Shown: positions 47,124-58,370, counted from the stretch's first letter. The stretch: 64,000 bases of DNA from an uncultured archaeon (GCA_964549685.1 CAZJVE010000001.1:19706-83705), one strand, 5' to 3'. Notes: a model not told the origin generated them from the sequence alone. Translations and numbers: made by a program.

Positions 47124-48332
47124 TTATCTCCAGTACCTGTTTTTCATGATTTCTCTCAGGAGGGTTGTGGCGTAGCTTCCCTTGCTGAGGGAGAACGTGA
47201 TTGTTGCTTTCATGCTGCTCTCGTTGAGGTCGTCATCCTCAATGAAAAGGATTCTAAATTTTTCAAATGGGATAAAACAATCCCTGTAATTGCCTTTTGA
47301 GGAGAATTCTCTCAATCCCTTTATTCTAAAATCATCTTTTGAAATTTTTTCCTCTGATAGAATCTCCTCCGTTATTTCGTCGAGGTCAGTGTCATGTCCG
47401 GGTAGAGGGAGGCGCTCGATGTCGAATCCCCCCGCGATATATCTGCTTAGAGCAAGGTTGAAGATATAGCTCTGGTATGCGTGGACGAACATCATGCCCA
47501 GCTTTTTGGGGAGGCTTTTCAGGGCTCCTGGGAAGTCGTCAGGGTTCTGGATTAGATAGTTCATAAGGGAGCTCTCATAGCCTAGGTTCCTGGGGAATTT
47601 TTTCAGGGATTCCTTAAAGTCCTCCGTTTTTTGAAGGAATTCCCTGGCTTGTTTTGTTTCGTCGGGTTCGTCGGGATAGGTCTTCGTGAGATAGAGCATT
47701 ACCGCTTCCTTGGGGTTGCCATTCAAAATCTCCTTCCCGACGAGGTGGGTTATCGGCCTTGTTGTGCCGAACCTCTGCACACCAAAGAAATTCGGGAAGC
47801 CAGATTTTAATTCATCCTTGATTAGATTAATTCTATTTTTTATAGAATCTTCATCAAGGTCCAAATTCCTTAGAGTTATTGAAAATCTGTTGCCCTGCAA
47901 GTCCCCCAGGTCTATCCTGTCGTTGGAGTAGGAGAACTCTCTGAGCTGGATGTCCTTTATGCTGACGTTCTCAAGGTCCTCTTCTTTGACGTTCCATGCC
48001 GATGCTCTCTGCACCGTTACAGCCCTCTTGTCCTTGGTGCCTGCGAAGGAAAGCCGGTTCCTGCTGACTCCGAGCTTCCTGGAGATTTCCTTCATGGCCC
48101 GCATGGTGTCCCAGTTGTTCTTCTGGAGCGTGAAGTGGATGAATTCCCCGGCTTGAGAATTGGATTCAATAATACTCTTGTCCACCTCCAACACTCTCCC
48201 ATCCTCAGCAATCTCCTCGACTGTGAAGTCTTCGGGGAGCTGCTTGATTCTTCCTCCGATGCCCTCGGTCTTGGACTTGTAGCAGAGGATTCCAATCTCC
48301 TGCTCCAGTTCAGGGGGATTTATTTCTGGCAT
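47124..48332 (-). CDS. truD: tRNA pseudouridine(13) synthase
   Basis: PEDFTVEE, AGTKDKRAVT, GNRFSI, NFFGVQRFG and GSYAT. Confidence 0.96.
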   Translation of the reverse strand: MPEINPPELEQEIGILCYKSKTEGIGGRIKQLPEDFTVEEIAEDGRVLEVDKSIIESNSQAGEFIHFTLQKNNWDTMRAMKEISRKLGVSRNRLSFAGTKDKRAVTVQRASAWNVKEEDLENVSIKDIQLREFSYSNDRIDLGDLQGNRFSITLRNLDLDEDSIKNRINLIKDELKSGFPNFFGVQRFGTTRPITHLVGKEILNGNPKEAVMLYLTKTYPDEPDETKQAREFLQKTEDFKESLKKFPRNLGYESSLMNYLIQNPDDFPGALKSLPKKLGMMFVHAYQSYIFNLALSRYIAGGFDIERLPLPGHDTDLDEITEEILSEEKISKDDFRIKGLREFSSKGNYRDCFIPFEKFRILFIEDDDLNESSMKATITFSLSKGSYATTLLREIMKNRYWR

Positions 48333-48347
48333 ATCCTATAATAAGAT

Positions 48348-48647
48348 ATGGGGAATTTAAAGGACTTTCAGGAGCAGGTAACTGAATACGACAAGAAGTA
48401 CAGCTGGGAAAAGGACGATGCGTCGCATATTGTGCTGCATCTGGCCGAGGAGCTCGGAGAGATTTCAAGAAGGATTCTCCGCCACGAGGGCTACAAGCTG
48501 GAGGAGTTCAGCAGCAAGGAGCTTGGGCAGGAGCTTACGGATTTGCTTTACCTTACCCTCAAACTGGCGAACAAGTTTGATATTGAGCTGGATGCTGAGT
48601 GGGAGGAGATGTGGGAGCGGTACAAGACCAAGACGAGCAGGAAGTGA
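48348..48647 (+). CDS. MazG-like nucleotide pyrophosphohydrolase
   Basis: LAEELGE...QELTDLL motif. Confidence 0.85.
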   Translation: MGNLKDFQEQVTEYDKKYSWEKDDASHIVLHLAEELGEISRRILRHEGYKLEEFSSKELGQELTDLLYLTLKLANKFDIELDAEWEEMWERYKTKTSRK

Positions 48648-49490
48648 TTAAGGCACGTTCTTGAAGTGCATTTTGGCTACTTGCACAAGAATTTCCTTGG
48701 GAATTTCATCTGGTTTTGATTTTCTCAGGTCGATATCGAATTTTTTATTTAAATCATCAACCCTGCTTTCAAATTCCATCTTCGCAAGAATCGAAGCAAC
48801 TGCAACAGGGATTTCAGACTCCGCCCTGGGCTTCTGGATTATTTCCAGTCCGTTTTTGTCGAGGTCACCAAGCCTGAACTCGGTCTTCTTGAGGTCGAAG
48901 CGGTCGATGACGACCTTAACGTTTTCGTAGCTCAGGTCCTTGAGGACGTTTTTTATCAGCCTTGCGTGGGCCCATGCAAGGAGGTCGTTGAGGGATTTTC
49001 CCTCAGACTTAAATTCTTCATATTTCTTGTTATAGGTTTCCGGCATCAAAGTGATTGATTCTTTAGGAAAATCTAATTTTAGAATTTTTTCAGCAAGTTC
49101 AAGGAGCTTCCCCTTGGGAATTCCCTTGCTGTCTCTCACTCCAAGCTTCCTTAGCTCTTTGATATGCTCTGGTTCTAAGGCAACACAGAAGACAACCAAT
49201 GGACCAAACCACTCGCCCTTTCCCGTCTCGTCGGTTCCCAGGGAATAGCAGTGCTTGCCGTCCGCCATGATGGAGTTGAGGATTTTGTCGATTCTTTCAT
49301 CTTCATTATAAACAAGCTTTCCTGAATTGTAGAGGATTAATTTCAGCCCATCATCATCAACACGAATTAATTCGTGCTCCGATTTGGTGGGAATTTTTTT
49401 CAGTTTTTTCTTCTTGATGTAATTTTTAAGATTCCTGATTTCCTCCCTGTCGAGCATTATCGAATTCGCCATTGATAGTATATTATCCAT
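48648..49490 (-). CDS. rnhC: Ribonuclease HIII-type protein
   Basis: N-terminal TBP-like LILYNSGKLVY, GTDETGKGEWFGPL, GVRDSK, LLAWAH, IDRF, VAVASILAK and KMHF. The true start may be 49457. Confidence 0.82.
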   Translation of the reverse strand: MDNILSMANSIMLDREEIRNLKNYIKKKKLKKIPTKSEHELIRVDDDGLKLILYNSGKLVYNEDERIDKILNSIMADGKHCYSLGTDETGKGEWFGPLVVFCVALEPEHIKELRKLGVRDSKGIPKGKLLELAEKILKLDFPKESITLMPETYNKKYEEFKSEGKSLNDLLAWAHARLIKNVLKDLSYENVKVVIDRFDLKKTEFRLGDLDKNGLEIIQKPRAESEIPVAVASILAKMEFESRVDDLNKKFDIDLRKSKPDEIPKEILVQVAKMHFKNVP

Positions 49491-49505
49491 AATTCCAATA
49501 TATCT

Positions 49506-50618
49506 TTGATGGAAAGGTTAGACCCTTGGGGCTCGCAGGCGATAGGGGATTACCGGAATCTATTCAAGGAGTTCGGAATCGAGCCCTTCGACAAGTTCAG
49601 GAAGCATTTTCAGGATAACAGGTATGTCAGGAGAGGGATAATATTCGGTCACAGGGACTTCGACAGGATTTTCAAGTCGATAAAGGAGAAGAAACCCTTC
49701 GTGATGATGACGGGTCTGATGCCATCCGGTAAGTTTCATTTCGGTCATAAGATGGTCGCTGACCAGATAATCTGGTATCAGTCCCTGGGTGCTGAAATCT
49801 TTGTCTGTGCCGCTGATGTTGAGTCATGGCTTATGCGTGACGTAACCTTCGAAGAGGCGAAGGGTAATGCGATTAATGAGTATCTTGCGAATTATGTTGC
49901 CCTCGGTCTGAACCCCAAGAAGATAAAGTTCTGGTTCCAGTCGGATTACAGGAATGAGTACTATCGTTTGGGGGACATGGCCTCTAAACGAGTGACGTTC
50001 AACGAGATGAAGGCCATATACGGGGAGCTCACGCCCGGAAAAATAGTTTCTGTTCTTGCTCAGATTGCAGACATTCTCCATCCGCAGCTGCCTGAGCTGG
50101 GGGGTGCAAGGCCCGTTGTAGTTCCAGTTGGAGCAGACCAGGACCCCCATATCAGGCTGACGAGGGATGCTGCCTCGAGGTTGAATACCGAGAGGGAGAC
50201 GGGCGGAAGGGATTTGGAATGCGTTCCTCCCTCCTCCACATACCACAAATTCATGAGAGGGCTTCAGGGAGGGAAGATGAGCTCTTCTGACCCGAAGTCA
50301 TATATCGCGCTCTCTGAGAGTCCAAAGGATGCAGTAAATAAGATAATGAGCGCAAAGACAGGGGGGAGGGCAACGGTTGATGAGCAGAGAAAGAAGGGCG
50401 GAGTCCCGGAGGACTGTACCATCTACGACCTCTTCCTGTATCATCTGGTGGATGACGACAAGAAGCTGGAGAAGATTTACATGGATTGCAAGAAAGGGGA
50501 AAGAATCTGTGGGGAGTGTAAGGCTAACTGCTCTGACATGGTATCCAAGTTTCTGCATGAGCATCAGAAAAGGCTGGAAAAAGCGAAAAGTATTATCCAA
50601 GGGTTCTCTAAATCTTAA
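49506..50618 (+). CDS. trpS: Tryptophanyl-tRNA synthetase (archaeal type)
   Basis: PSGKFHFGH, PVGADQDPH, KMSSS and TGGR. Confidence 0.96.
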   Translation: MMERLDPWGSQAIGDYRNLFKEFGIEPFDKFRKHFQDNRYVRRGIIFGHRDFDRIFKSIKEKKPFVMMTGLMPSGKFHFGHKMVADQIIWYQSLGAEIFVCAADVESWLMRDVTFEEAKGNAINEYLANYVALGLNPKKIKFWFQSDYRNEYYRLGDMASKRVTFNEMKAIYGELTPGKIVSVLAQIADILHPQLPELGGARPVVVPVGADQDPHIRLTRDAASRLNTERETGGRDLECVPPSSTYHKFMRGLQGGKMSSSDPKSYIALSESPKDAVNKIMSAKTGGRATVDEQRKKGGVPEDCTIYDLFLYHLVDDDKKLEKIYMDCKKGERICGECKANCSDMVSKFLHEHQKRLEKAKSIIQGFSKS

Positions 50619-50623
50619 TACCC

Positions 50624-51532
50624 ATGAAAATTACAGACTGGGAGAGCATTCCCAAGTTTCTTGATGCCCTGAGACAGGAGTACAGGGTAATCGCTCCGAC
50701 GGATGTCGGAGGAAAGGTGAATTTCAGGGAGATAGAATCGGGCAGGGACTTGATTCCTGAATTCATCAATACAAGGAATTCTCCAAAGAATTTCTTTATA
50801 CAGAACCCCTATCCAGTCTTCAGCAACGGGAATTATCTCAAGGATATTGAGAATCTGAAATTCGAGGTGGATGGCAAGAGCCTTATCTTCGGGCTGAGGG
50901 CCTGTGACATCAATGCCCTCTCCATTTTAGACCAGTTCTACTTTGATGGCCTCCTGAATCACGACTATGAGAGGAATAGGAGGAGGACGGTAATCATAGG
51001 TATGAACTGTTCATGGCCCGGCGACAACTGCTTCTGTAGCACGTTCAATGCAGGGCCGTCGATAAGGAGGGGGGCTGACATAGTCCTTACTGATTTGGGC
51101 AATCTGTACTTCATCGAGGTTTTTAGTAATGGCGGGAAACATATTATTGACGGGTTCCCCAGCCTGTTTCTGGATTCAAAAGCGGAACACAGGAAGAAAA
51201 AGGAGGGACTCGTGAAAGAGGCCAAAAAAAGGATTAAGAAACTGAAGGTAAAGGAGGCAAAGAATAAACTGAAACTCACAACGGACAGGTACTGGGACAA
51301 ACTGGATAAGAATTGCATAGGCTGCTACTCCTGTGATATTGTCTGCCCCACGGCCTATTCATTTGAGAAAGCTGCTGAACTGAAGAGACCAACGAAAAAG
51401 GTCAGGTACAAACTCAACCACGTCATGGAGAACTACGGGGAATTTGGTTGTGTGGGCTGCGGCCGCTGCCTGGAGACTTGCCCCAGAGGGATAGGTATGA
51501 TAGACATTCTGGGCGATATAAGGACACTATGA
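50624..51532 (+). CDS. 4Fe-4S protein of the sulfhydrogenase-beta/AsrA family
   Basis: SPKNFF, GLRACD, C..PGDNCFC, CIGCYSCDIVCPT and GCVGCGRCLETCP. Confidence 0.8.
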   Translation: MKITDWESIPKFLDALRQEYRVIAPTDVGGKVNFREIESGRDLIPEFINTRNSPKNFFIQNPYPVFSNGNYLKDIENLKFEVDGKSLIFGLRACDINALSILDQFYFDGLLNHDYERNRRRTVIIGMNCSWPGDNCFCSTFNAGPSIRRGADIVLTDLGNLYFIEVFSNGGKHIIDGFPSLFLDSKAEHRKKKEGLVKEAKKRIKKLKVKEAKNKLKLTTDRYWDKLDKNCIGCYSCDIVCPTAYSFEKAAELKRPTKKVRYKLNHVMENYGEFGCVGCGRCLETCPRGIGMIDILGDIRTL

Positions 51533-51545
51533 GCAATAATCTAAC

Positions 51546-52703
51546 ATGGAGCTGGCGGTATCGATTATTGTATTGTTTATAGGATTGGCCATCCTGCTTA
51601 AGAGCAGCAACATTTTTGTAGACTCCGCAGAGAGGGTGGCCAAAATGTTTGGTATATCTGATTTCATAATAGGCCTGACTCTTGTCGCGATTGGGACATC
51701 GTTACCTGAGCTGGTTACATCTGTCATAGCTGTAACATCAGGCAGCCCCGGAATAGTAACGGGCAATGTCATGGGCAGCAACATAGCGAATATAGGTCTT
51801 ATCCTGGGGGTCTCGGGGTTCATTGCCGTCCTGACAATAGAGCCGGATATATTCAAGAAGGACTCCATACTTCTTCTTGGGTCCTCCTTCATTCTTTACT
51901 TCTTTGCCTGGGACATGGTGATTTCCTCCGTTGAGGGGATAATCCTCCTTGTCCTCTTTTCCACCTATCTCTGGATTATCTTTGGAATTCACCCGAGTAT
52001 GGAGAGGGTTTACAGGTTCAGGTCCTATGTCAGGGAGAGGGTAAGATTTGGCGACCTTTTTGATATAAAGACGTACAAAGGGGCAGTAAGGAGGAGCATC
52101 GACCCGGAGACGCACAGAAGGCTGACTAGGATTACAATCGGCATAGGGGTTGTACCATTCAGAGTTATAAGATTTGTGATGGACTACAGGACGTATCTCA
52201 GGATTGTGAGATTCGTCAGTGATAGGGTGGGAGAGGGTATTCAGAAGGAACTGACTCTTATTGCAATAAGCTGCATCGGCATCTTTCTTGGAGCAAAATA
52301 TATGATTGATGGTGCGGTTAATACGGCATCAATCCTGGGGGTTCCGAACAGCTTTGTAGCAATAACATTGATAGCGCTGGGTACCTCGCTTCCTGAACTC
52401 TCGGTTGCCGTGATATCCGCAAGAAAGGGACTCGGGAACATGATCCTGGGAAATATAATAGGGAGCAATATAGCGAATATTGGCCTCATTATTGGTGTCT
52501 CGGCACTGATAGCCCCCATACCTATATCGATGCTTGAGCTGGCAACCATAATTCCGTTCATGCTCCTCATGACGGTGCTCTGCATAATGTTCATAAGGAG
52601 CGGCTGGATTATCAGGATGTTCGAGGCAGTCAGCTTTGTTATTCTTTATCTGGGGTTTATTGTCTGGATTGTTCTCAGTGTTGGCTCAGGAGCGGGGCTG
52701 TAG
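51546..52703 (+). CDS. Ca2+/Na+ antiporter (YrbG family)
   Basis: Two GTSLPEL...GN..GSNIAN alpha repeats. Confidence 0.93.
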   Translation: MELAVSIIVLFIGLAILLKSSNIFVDSAERVAKMFGISDFIIGLTLVAIGTSLPELVTSVIAVTSGSPGIVTGNVMGSNIANIGLILGVSGFIAVLTIEPDIFKKDSILLLGSSFILYFFAWDMVISSVEGIILLVLFSTYLWIIFGIHPSMERVYRFRSYVRERVRFGDLFDIKTYKGAVRRSIDPETHRRLTRITIGIGVVPFRVIRFVMDYRTYLRIVRFVSDRVGEGIQKELTLIAISCIGIFLGAKYMIDGAVNTASILGVPNSFVAITLIALGTSLPELSVAVISARKGLGNMILGNIIGSNIANIGLIIGVSALIAPIPISMLELATIIPFMLLMTVLCIMFIRSGWIIRMFEAVSFVILYLGFIVWIVLSVGSGAGL

Positions 52704-53910
52704 CGGAGCCGTGTCTTAGAATGATAACCTTTGCATCGGGGCCTTTTTCTTTCAGAGCTGAATCTATGGAATCCTGCAGATTATCTGATGGTGTGATGAA
52801 ACATTTCTTGATTGTTTCATCGTCTATGGAGGTTACGGCGCAGATTTTAGAGCATGATACTATGCTGAGAATCTTGGCGGCCTTGTGATGGCCAAGGATA
52901 TAGTTGTCATGTATCTCCCTGAATAATTCCTCAGGGATGTCTGACTTGCTTAAGAGGTCGTAGAATTCGGATGGGCCGATTCCATCAATACATTCAGAAA
53001 CAAGGATGAGAACCCCTCCGTCTTTTAATGCCATTTTTCCATTCTCAATGGACTTCTGCGACTGGTACAGATTGATATCCATTGGAGGCAGTGCTACTGT
53101 TATTACAACGTCGGCCTTCTCAGGTATGGGCACGCAGTATATCTCCTTGCATGATTCGACAGCCCGGTAGAAGGAATCCTTCCAGTCTCCTGCCTGCACG
53201 TCGTATATGTCACCGTCCCCGTCAGCAACTAGGTTGATTGAGAATATTTGCCTCTTTTCAGCCAGCATTCCGACTGCCTCCTCCATGTCCTCGTGGACCG
53301 GGTTTCCTTTAAGCCTGCAGTTCTGCGACTCATCCTTGAGGGCGCTCTTGTGGTTCTGGGCTATCGTTTCATGGGCACATATACCTGGGAAAAAACTCTT
53401 CCTTCCCCCGCTATAGCCGGCAAAGTAGTGAGGTTCAACAGAATTTATGTTTATCAGTTTGTCGAATTCCATTGCTTTTTTATTTATGGAAAATTCCGTT
53501 CCCATTGATGTCTTGCCGATGAATTCAGCGGGGCTTTCCTTTGATTTATGGATGAAAATGTTGTCCCTGAATTCATTCAGAATTTCCTCGCCGAAAATTC
53601 TCTTGAACTCCTCCTCGGTTGGCTCCCTGTGCGAGCCGGTAGCAACAATGAAAGATGGGTTCTTATCTTTTATCTCGTCGTGGATTGAAGATAGAACCTT
53701 TGCCGTTGGTGTTGGTCTCTGCCCGTCATTGACGACGAAGAGGATTTTTCCATCCTTTATGAAATCAGAAAACTGGGTGCCAAGGGCCTTTCTTACCAGT
53801 TCCCCCTCGTCCTTCTTATCGACCTTCTTTGGATCGATGACGGCAAGAAGATTCTGGTCGGGAATCTCTATTTCCTTTTTTCCTCCGGCATAGTCTATCT
53901 CAACTTTCAT
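52675..53910 (-). CDS. larA: LarA-family nickel-pincer racemase/epimerase
   Basis: VNDGQRPTP, ATGSHR, PHYFAGYSGGRK, NPVHEDM and NLYQSQK. Confidence 0.88.
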   Translation of the reverse strand: MKVEIDYAGGKKEIEIPDQNLLAVIDPKKVDKKDEGELVRKALGTQFSDFIKDGKILFVVNDGQRPTPTAKVLSSIHDEIKDKNPSFIVATGSHREPTEEEFKRIFGEEILNEFRDNIFIHKSKESPAEFIGKTSMGTEFSINKKAMEFDKLININSVEPHYFAGYSGGRKSFFPGICAHETIAQNHKSALKDESQNCRLKGNPVHEDMEEAVGMLAEKRQIFSINLVADGDGDIYDVQAGDWKDSFYRAVESCKEIYCVPIPEKADVVITVALPPMDINLYQSQKSIENGKMALKDGGVLILVSECIDGIGPSEFYDLLSKSDIPEELFREIHDNYILGHHKAAKILSIVSCSKICAVTSIDDETIKKCFITPSDNLQDSIDSALKEKGPDAKVIILRHGSATAPLLSQH

Positions 53911-54443
53911 TTGTAGATGGAGTTTCCTTCCGCGTCTATTGCAACGATTAATGGGCCCAGGTTCTCGACCTCAAGGACCCAGACCGCCTCCGGCACTCCG
54001 AGCTCGGGCCAGTGAACGTCCTTTACTGCCTTTACGGCCTTTGCTGCCAAGGCAGCGCAGCCGCCGGTCATCGACAGGTAGACACAGTTTCCCTTCATTA
54101 CCTCAATGACGGAGGAATCCATTCCTCCTTTTCCAATGATTGCGGAAATTTTAAATTTTTTAATAAAATCAGCCTCCAGTGAATTCATCCTGGAGCTTGT
54201 GGTGGGGCCTATGGCGATTATCTTCCAGCCATCCGCCTCCTTCCTTGCTATGGGTCCCTTCTTTACTATGGGCCCTGCATGGAAGAGCACTCCGTCCTCG
54301 ATATCGGCAGGGAATTCTCCGTCTTTCAGTGCCTTTTGATGGGCCTTGTCCCGTGCAGTCACGATTTCTCCGGAGAGATAGACCATGTCGCCTGTCCTCA
54401 GCTTCTTGATGTCCTCCTTGCTGAGGGGGGTTCTGAGATTCAT
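53907..54443 (-). CDS. Fe-S hydro-lyase (fumarate hydratase/tartrate dehydratase) beta subunit
   Basis: TARDKAH, HAGP, GPTTSSRM, IGKGGM, EAVW and GPLIVAID. Confidence 0.92.
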   Translation of the reverse strand: MNLRTPLSKEDIKKLRTGDMVYLSGEIVTARDKAHQKALKDGEFPADIEDGVLFHAGPIVKKGPIARKEADGWKIIAIGPTTSSRMNSLEADFIKKFKISAIIGKGGMDSSVIEVMKGNCVYLSMTGGCAALAAKAVKAVKDVHWPELGVPEAVWVLEVENLGPLIVAIDAEGNSIYK

Positions 54444-55234
54444 CGTGTTGAATCCTTCAGCTCCTTTGCAAATTCTTCCAGGTCATGTAGAACTTTCTCT
54501 TTGTTATCCAGGTTCTCCTCTATGATTTTTACGAATGCGCTTCCGACTATTACGCCATCAGCGCCGGAGGCAAGGACCTCTTTTACATGCTCTGGCTTTG
54601 ATATGCCAAATCCAACGGCGATGGATATCGCGGGGTTTTGCTTCCTTATTGTATCGAGGGTTGGCTTTATGCTATCTGAGAGATCGTCCCTGGCCCCAGT
54701 AACTCCAAGAAGAGAGACGACGTAGAGGAAACCCGCTGCGGAATCCAGGATTTTCTTCATTCTTTCCTCGGTTGTGGTGGAGGCAACAAGGAAAATCAGG
54801 TCTATGCCGGAATTCTTGCATCCCTTAAGCAATGGCTGGGATTCTTCTATAGGGAGGTCGGGGACAATCAGGCCTGAAATTCCGGAATTCTTACAATCTT
54901 GAGTGAATTTCTCAAGTCCTCTTTGAAGAATAAGATTGTAATAGGTCATGCATACCAAGGGAATTCCTGAATCTATTTTTTTAACAACATCAAAATATAC
55001 ATCGGAATTCATTCCTGCCTTGAGGGCTCTCCCTCCTGACTTCTGGATGGTGGGACCATCAGCAATCGGGTCTGAAAATGGCAGCCCAAGCTCCAGGATG
55101 TCGACCCCGCCCTTGATTAGGGCGTTCGCTATGTCTGCCGTTGTTTCCGGCGAGGGGTCACCCGCCATCACATAGCCGATGAGGGCGCCTTCCTTTTTTC
55201 CCTTCAGCTCTGAGAACTTCTCCTGGACTTTCAT
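54440..55234 (-). CDS. trpA: Tryptophan synthase alpha chain
   Basis: ELGLPFSDPIADGPTIQ, PDLP, GVTG, VGFGIS and DGVIVGS. Confidence 0.97.
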   Translation of the reverse strand: MKVQEKFSELKGKKEGALIGYVMAGDPSPETTADIANALIKGGVDILELGLPFSDPIADGPTIQKSGGRALKAGMNSDVYFDVVKKIDSGIPLVCMTYYNLILQRGLEKFTQDCKNSGISGLIVPDLPIEESQPLLKGCKNSGIDLIFLVASTTTEERMKKILDSAAGFLYVVSLLGVTGARDDLSDSIKPTLDTIRKQNPAISIAVGFGISKPEHVKEVLASGADGVIVGSAFVKIIEENLDNKEKVLHDLEEFAKELKDSTR

Positions 55235-55240
55235 CGTAAA

Positions 55241-56041
55241 TTATATTCGCTTTAAATATTCTTTAATGCTCTCGAAGAGGATTCTTCCGTCTCCAATCCC
55301 TTTGTTTCTGGTCCAGTCAGCCGCCTGGATTGCGTCCATGGCCCTTTCTGGGTGGGGCATCATTCCAAGGACGTTTCCTTCGGGATTCGAGATTCCAGCG
55401 ATGTCGTGGAGGCTTCCGTTGGGGTTCCATGGGAATTTCTCGGCATCGGCCCCGTCTTCTTTACAATATCTGAAAATGATTTGCTTATTCTCAATTAATT
55501 TTTGGAGGAATTCATCATTATTTTTACCGAATGTGAATCTTCCTTCAGCATGAGCAACGGGAATTTGCAGGACTTTTCCTTTCTCAATCTTGTCGGTTAT
55601 CTTGCACCTGTTCTCGTGCCTGAGATAGGTTGGTCTGCACTGGAATTTCGCGGGCTTGTTGGTTGTCAGGGCAGCCTCTGGGTGCTGGGAGATTCCATCG
55701 AAGCCTGGGAGGATTCCCAGCTCGGTAAGAATCTGGAAGCCGTTGCATATTCCACATACAAGATTACCATTATCTATGAATTCCCTGAGCTGGGGCATCA
55801 ATTTGCTCTTGATTCTGGCAGCGAAGATTGCCCCCGCCCTGATATAGTCGCCGGAGGACCAGCCGCCGGGGAACATCAGGATTTGATAGTCGGACAGGTC
55901 TCTCTGCCTGTCCTTGCCTGCATTGCCCGTCAGCTGCTTGAGATGGACCAGCTCTGCCTCTATTCCAACGCCTTCCAGGGCTCTCCTTGTCTCCTCTTCA
56001 CAATTCGTGCCCTCTATCAGGAGTATACAGGCCTTAACCAT
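55241..56041 (-). CDS. purQ: FGAM synthase glutaminase subunit
   Basis: [29 protein letters not shown] and MMPHPER. Confidence 0.96.
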   Translation of the reverse strand: MVKACILLIEGTNCEEETRRALEGVGIEAELVHLKQLTGNAGKDRQRDLSDYQILMFPGGWSSGDYIRAGAIFAARIKSKLMPQLREFIDNGNLVCGICNGFQILTELGILPGFDGISQHPEAALTTNKPAKFQCRPTYLRHENRCKITDKIEKGKVLQIPVAHAEGRFTFGKNNDEFLQKLIENKQIIFRYCKEDGADAEKFPWNPNGSLHDIAGISNPEGNVLGMMPHPERAMDAIQAADWTRNKGIGDGRILFESIKEYLKRI

Positions 56042-58370
56042 TTTCCTCCCCCAAGGCGAAATTCCATTTAGCCCTTAATTCATCGAGATTGAGATTAATG
56101 TTTGTTTCAGAGTCTGAGATTTTTATCTCTTTTTCCTTGATTATGGTGCCGATTTTGGTTGCGTTTACAATTGAAGTGAATTCTTTCTCATTTTTTGAAT
56201 CTACTTCAACCAACCATCTTCCATTGGATTCAGAGAAGAGCTTGAGATCGGTCCTCGGGTGCTCGAGGTCGGTCCCCAGGTCAGGGATTGATGAAAGGTC
56301 TATTTCGAGGCCGAGGTCGCCACCGAGGGCCATCTCGGTCATTGCAACGAGAAGGCCGCCTTCCGAGAGGTCGTGACAGGAAGCAGCCAGGGAGGAGTCC
56401 ATCGCCTTGAGGAGGGAGTTCATGCTCTCCTTGGTTTTTTTGGGATTTACCTTTGGGGAGATTCCATTATCAAGATTAAGAATTCTGTAATATTCTGAAC
56501 CGCCTAATTCCCTCATCGTTTTTCCAACGAGATAAAGAGAATTTCCTTCCTTCTTGAGGTCTGATGACACTGCCTTCCTCACGTCCTTGACTATTCCTAC
56601 TCCCAGGAGGGCGGGGGTTGGCTTTATCGCCTCCTCCCCGCTTTCGTTGTAGAGGCTTACGTTGCCCGAGACGAATGGGATTCCGAACGAGCTGGCGGCG
56701 AAGTGCAGGCCCTCGCAGCACTTGACGAATTCTCCAAGCCTGTCCGGTTTTTCTGGGTTTCCGAAGTTCAGGCAGTCTGCCATTGAATGAGGGGTTGAAT
56801 TCACCGCGACGAGATTTCTGACGACCTCCTCCACGGCTGATGCTGCGCCCCAATATGGGTTAAATTTGCACAGACCCGGATTCACGTCGGCAGTAATCGC
56901 CAGTCCCTGGTAAGAATCCTCCAACGGCTTGATTACCGCTGCGTCGCCGTGGCTCTGCTTGTTGATTCTTCCCTGCATGGGCTTCAGGATTGTGTTGCCC
57001 CTCACCTCGTGGTCGTAGCGCCTTATGACTGGCTCCCGGCTGCCCACGCGCTGAGAATTCAATATTTTTAATATAATTTCATTTAAATCATGAATTGGGA
57101 AATTCTCCTCTTTTTCCTTTTCTTCAGGAACCCGGTACTTTCGTTCATACTGAACGCCTTTGATTAGGAAATCTAAATCCAGGTCGAGGACCGTCTTGCC
57201 CTTGTAGTCTGCCCTGATTCTCTTGGTGTCGTTGACCTCCCCAACAACGACTGCGGGAACGTCCCAGAAGTCGAAGATTTCCAGGACCTTGTCGACGTTC
57301 TCCGGCTTGACGGAGAGCATCATCCTCTCCTGGCTCTCGGAGACCCAGATTTCCCATGGGGCAAGGCCCTCTTCCTTGAGCTGGATTTTATCCAGATTGA
57401 CCACTGCGCCCTTTCCTCCTGCGTGGGCCATCTCCGATGCTACACAGGAAAGTCCGCCGCCGCCGAAGTCCTTCATTCCAGTCAGAAGGCCCTTCTCGTT
57501 GATTTCCAAGCAGGCATGCATAAGGGGCTCCTTCATTATGGCATATCCGAGCTGGACCGCTGGGATGTCCTTCTTCTCGCTCTTCTCGTCCAGTTCTGCT
57601 GAGGCGAAGGTGACTCCGTGAATTCCGTCCCTGCCTGTTTTTCCCCCTGCCATGACGTAGATGTCTCCCGGGTTGCCTGCGCGGCTGCGGGCTATTTTAT
57701 TCTTTTTTACTATTCCAATGCAGCCAACGTTGACGAGACAGTTTCCAATGTAGGATTCGTCAAAGTATACCATCCCTGAAACTGTGGGAATTCCTACCCT
57801 ATTTCCATAATCTGCAATTCCGGATACTACTCCTTTGAATAAGAAACTAGGATGTTTAATTCCAGCAGGAATTTTCTTCTCCGGATAGTCCAGAGGGCCG
57901 AAGAATAATGGGTCAATGAGTGCGAGGGGCTGCCCACCCATACACACGACATCCCGGAGAATTCCGCCAATGCCAGTTGCTGCTCCGCCGTATGGGTCCA
58001 GGGCGGAGGGGTGATTGTGCGATTCAAGGGCAACGACGTAGGCATGGTCCTTGTCGAAGTCCACGACTCCTGCATCCTCGGATATTACGCAGATGTTCTG
58101 CGGGGCCTTTATACTGAATACCGTCCTCTCAAGGATTGGCTTTGATGTTTTGTAGCAGCAGTGCTCGCTCCACGACTGGGCCAGGGCCTCGAGCTCAATG
58201 TCCGTGGGGCTCCTGCCCGCCTTCTTGAAGTGGGCCTGGATTTTGAGCATTTCATCGCCACTAAGGCCGAGGGAGCGCTCCTGGCTGATTCTCTCCAGAA
58301 GTTTACCATCTGCATCGAGAATTTCAATCTCGTAGACGTCCTTCATCAACTCCTTGTAGAATCCAGGCAT
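56034..58370 (-). CDS. purL: FGAM synthase synthetase subunit
   Basis: [38 protein letters not shown] and HDLSEGG. Confidence 0.97.
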   Translation of the reverse strand: MPGFYKELMKDVYEIEILDADGKLLERISQERSLGLSGDEMLKIQAHFKKAGRSPTDIELEALAQSWSEHCCYKTSKPILERTVFSIKAPQNICVISEDAGVVDFDKDHAYVVALESHNHPSALDPYGGAATGIGGILRDVVCMGGQPLALIDPLFFGPLDYPEKKIPAGIKHPSFLFKGVVSGIADYGNRVGIPTVSGMVYFDESYIGNCLVNVGCIGIVKKNKIARSRAGNPGDIYVMAGGKTGRDGIHGVTFASAELDEKSEKKDIPAVQLGYAIMKEPLMHACLEINEKGLLTGMKDFGGGGLSCVASEMAHAGGKGAVVNLDKIQLKEEGLAPWEIWVSESQERMMLSVKPENVDKVLEIFDFWDVPAVVVGEVNDTKRIRADYKGKTVLDLDLDFLIKGVQYERKYRVPEEKEKEENFPIHDLNEIILKILNSQRVGSREPVIRRYDHEVRGNTILKPMQGRINKQSHGDAAVIKPLEDSYQGLAITADVNPGLCKFNPYWGAASAVEEVVRNLVAVNSTPHSMADCLNFGNPEKPDRLGEFVKCCEGLHFAASSFGIPFVSGNVSLYNESGEEAIKPTPALLGVGIVKDVRKAVSSDLKKEGNSLYLVGKTMRELGGSEYYRILNLDNGISPKVNPKKTKESMNSLLKAMDSSLAASCHDLSEGGLLVAMTEMALGGDLGLEIDLSSIPDLGTDLEHPRTDLKLFSESNGRWLVEVDSKNEKEFTSIVNATKIGTIIKEKEIKISDSETNINLNLDELRAKWNFALGEENG

